IMG/VR virus record: IMGVR_UViG_3300009183_002303
Location: 1 to 36,061 of that record
From: a virus
Taxonomy: Duplodnaviria; Caudoviricetes
Reading direction: 5' to 3' (one strand)
Length of the DNA: 36,061 bases
Position 1 is the stretch's first letter. Every line of letters starts with the position of its first letter. Positions 35,109-36,061 of this stretch are shown here, one piece after another. Below the pieces are notes generated by a model, which saw only the letters and a list, made by a program, of their open reading frames with translations, was not told the DNA's origin and ran no database searches. The translations under genes were made by a program, and so were the position numbers.

Positions 35109-35264
35109 ATGGAAGAAGTTAAAATGTCAGTTCCTGAAATGGTAAAAACTACTGGGGAGAATACCCATAAGTTTATGCTACAAATTTCTGAACATATTGC
35201 CAAATTAGAAGCAGAAGTTTTTAATTTGCGTCAACGTATTTCAGAACTAGAAAGCGCAGAATGA
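35109..35264 (+). CDS. small coiled-coil protein (51 aa, not in the ORF track)
   Basis: GGAGG RBS; ...HIAKLEAEVFNLRQRISELESAE. Confidence 0.6.
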   Translation: MEEVKMSVPEMVKTTGENTHKFMLQISEHIAKLEAEVFNLRQRISELESAE

Positions 35265-35587
35265 CCACCGTTGGCAATCTAAGCGAAAAGGACACGGCCT
35301 TATTTAAGAAGTGGCTGAAAGGCAATCTTAAATCTGGCCCTGTCACTGTGACATTTACCAAGAAGGACGGTACAGAACGCATTATGAAATGTACTACCAA
35401 TCCAACTTACGTGTTGTTCAAAGATCCAACTATTGTTGAATCTAAAAAAGAACGTAAGGTAAATGAAGATATTATGCCAGTATATGACATGGAGTCAAAT
35501 CATTGGAAAAGTTTTCGTTGGGATAGTGTCAAGAGTATTATGATTACCCTAGGAGAAGAACGTGAATACAATAACGAGACACAGTGA
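35261..35587 (+). CDS. SH3-barrel / WYL_2 (DUF2693-like) protein
   Basis: VTFTKKDGTERIMKCT...VYDMESNHWKSFRWDSV. Confidence 0.7.
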   Translation: MTTVGNLSEKDTALFKKWLKGNLKSGPVTVTFTKKDGTERIMKCTTNPTYVLFKDPTIVESKKERKVNEDIMPVYDMESNHWKSFRWDSVKSIMITLGEEREYNNETQ

Positions 35588-35801
35588 TACTTGTCAAATT
35601 AAACAATCCTCAAGTGGAAAGATTGTTGAAGCAGTTGTACAAGATTTCCAAGAGAATGTTGTACTTCACGTTATCGTTAGTAAAGCAGTAAAAATAGCCA
35701 TGAAATGGAATGGCAAAGTTTACGAAGGTCGTATGGCCAGTATGGACTTTGTGTCCGATGGTCCTACTATATCTAAAACATCAACCAGCAGTAGAGGTTA
35801 G
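35562..35801 (+). CDS. hypothetical protein
   Basis: GTG start with AGGAG RBS. Confidence 0.6.
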   Translation: MNTITRHSDTCQIKQSSSGKIVEAVVQDFQENVVLHVIVSKAVKIAMKWNGKVYEGRMASMDFVSDGPTISKTSTSSRG

Positions 35802-35802
35802 T

Positions 35803-36061
35803 ATGAAAATTGGACTTAGTTATAGTCGATGTGTACGTGACATTGTAGACGGTGTAGTAGACATCGATGATGTGTTGGTGCTGATCACTCGCACAGATTT
35901 CGATCCACATGATGACGAACAGTGGCAGGGTATTTGGGTTGGCTATGGCGGCGGCACTGACAATGCTTACAGTCGCGGATTCTTTGCCCAAAGCAATCCC
36001 GAATGGGCAGGCTATCACGACGAAGATCGATTCCGTAGTGTTAGCATTGAACTTTGGGAAA
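35803..36061 (+). CDS. hypothetical protein, 3' truncated by the window edge
   Basis: MKIGLSYSRCVRDIVDG..., open to the end of the window; GAGG RBS. Confidence 0.6.
   Translation, partial: MKIGLSYSRCVRDIVDGVVDIDDVLVLITRTDFDPHDDEQWQGIWVGYGGGTDNAYSRGFFAQSNPEWAGYHDEDRFRSVSIELWE

Noticed and set aside
191-36018. Many short antisense or alternative-frame ORFs in the track (e.g. 1764-2192, 4705-5124, 16467-16856, 34599-34994)
   Set aside because: They overlap motif-bearing genes, lack recognisable motifs and look like shadow ORFs.
1-36061. Alternative genetic code (stop-codon reassignment)
   Set aside because: Genes are full length and tightly packed under code 11, and TAA, TGA and TAG are all used as stops.
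1-36061. CRISPR array, IS element, integrase/att site or DGR
   Set aside because: No regularly spaced repeats, transposase, integrase or reverse transcriptase were seen. The only repeats noted are paralogue patches and hairpins.

Overview
A 36-kb segment of a large tailed-phage genome. It has dense, translationally coupled ORFs, consensus sigma70 promoters, T4-type ATAAATA late-promoter motifs, a tail-fibre gene, an HNH gene and a phage IF-1. Left (1-2.7 kb): an early-type block with a partial DUF2828/Ro-like vWA gene followed by a structured RNA candidate, a TraR/DksA zinc finger, a P-loop kinase and a phosphoesterase. Centre: a tail-fibre-like gene (2753-4033) followed by a ~24-kb island (4030-28055) of 28 consecutive tailoring-enzyme genes. 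These are 10 radical SAM, 11 Fe(II)/2OG oxygenase-like (4 tandem TauD-like with HxN instead of HxD), 2 QueC-like, 2 kinase-like, and one each of SDR, GNAT and SGNH. The island is arranged in alternating operons that mostly start 4-5 nt after ATAAATA, which suggests leaderless late expression and a possible virion-modification system. Just past the island, a 118-nt tRNA-like RNA (28132-28249) has its anticodon arm replaced by a near copy of the 23S rRNA sarcin-ricin loop helix. Right (28.3-36 kb): small early-type genes. All protein calls come from motif recognition by eye; no database search was run.
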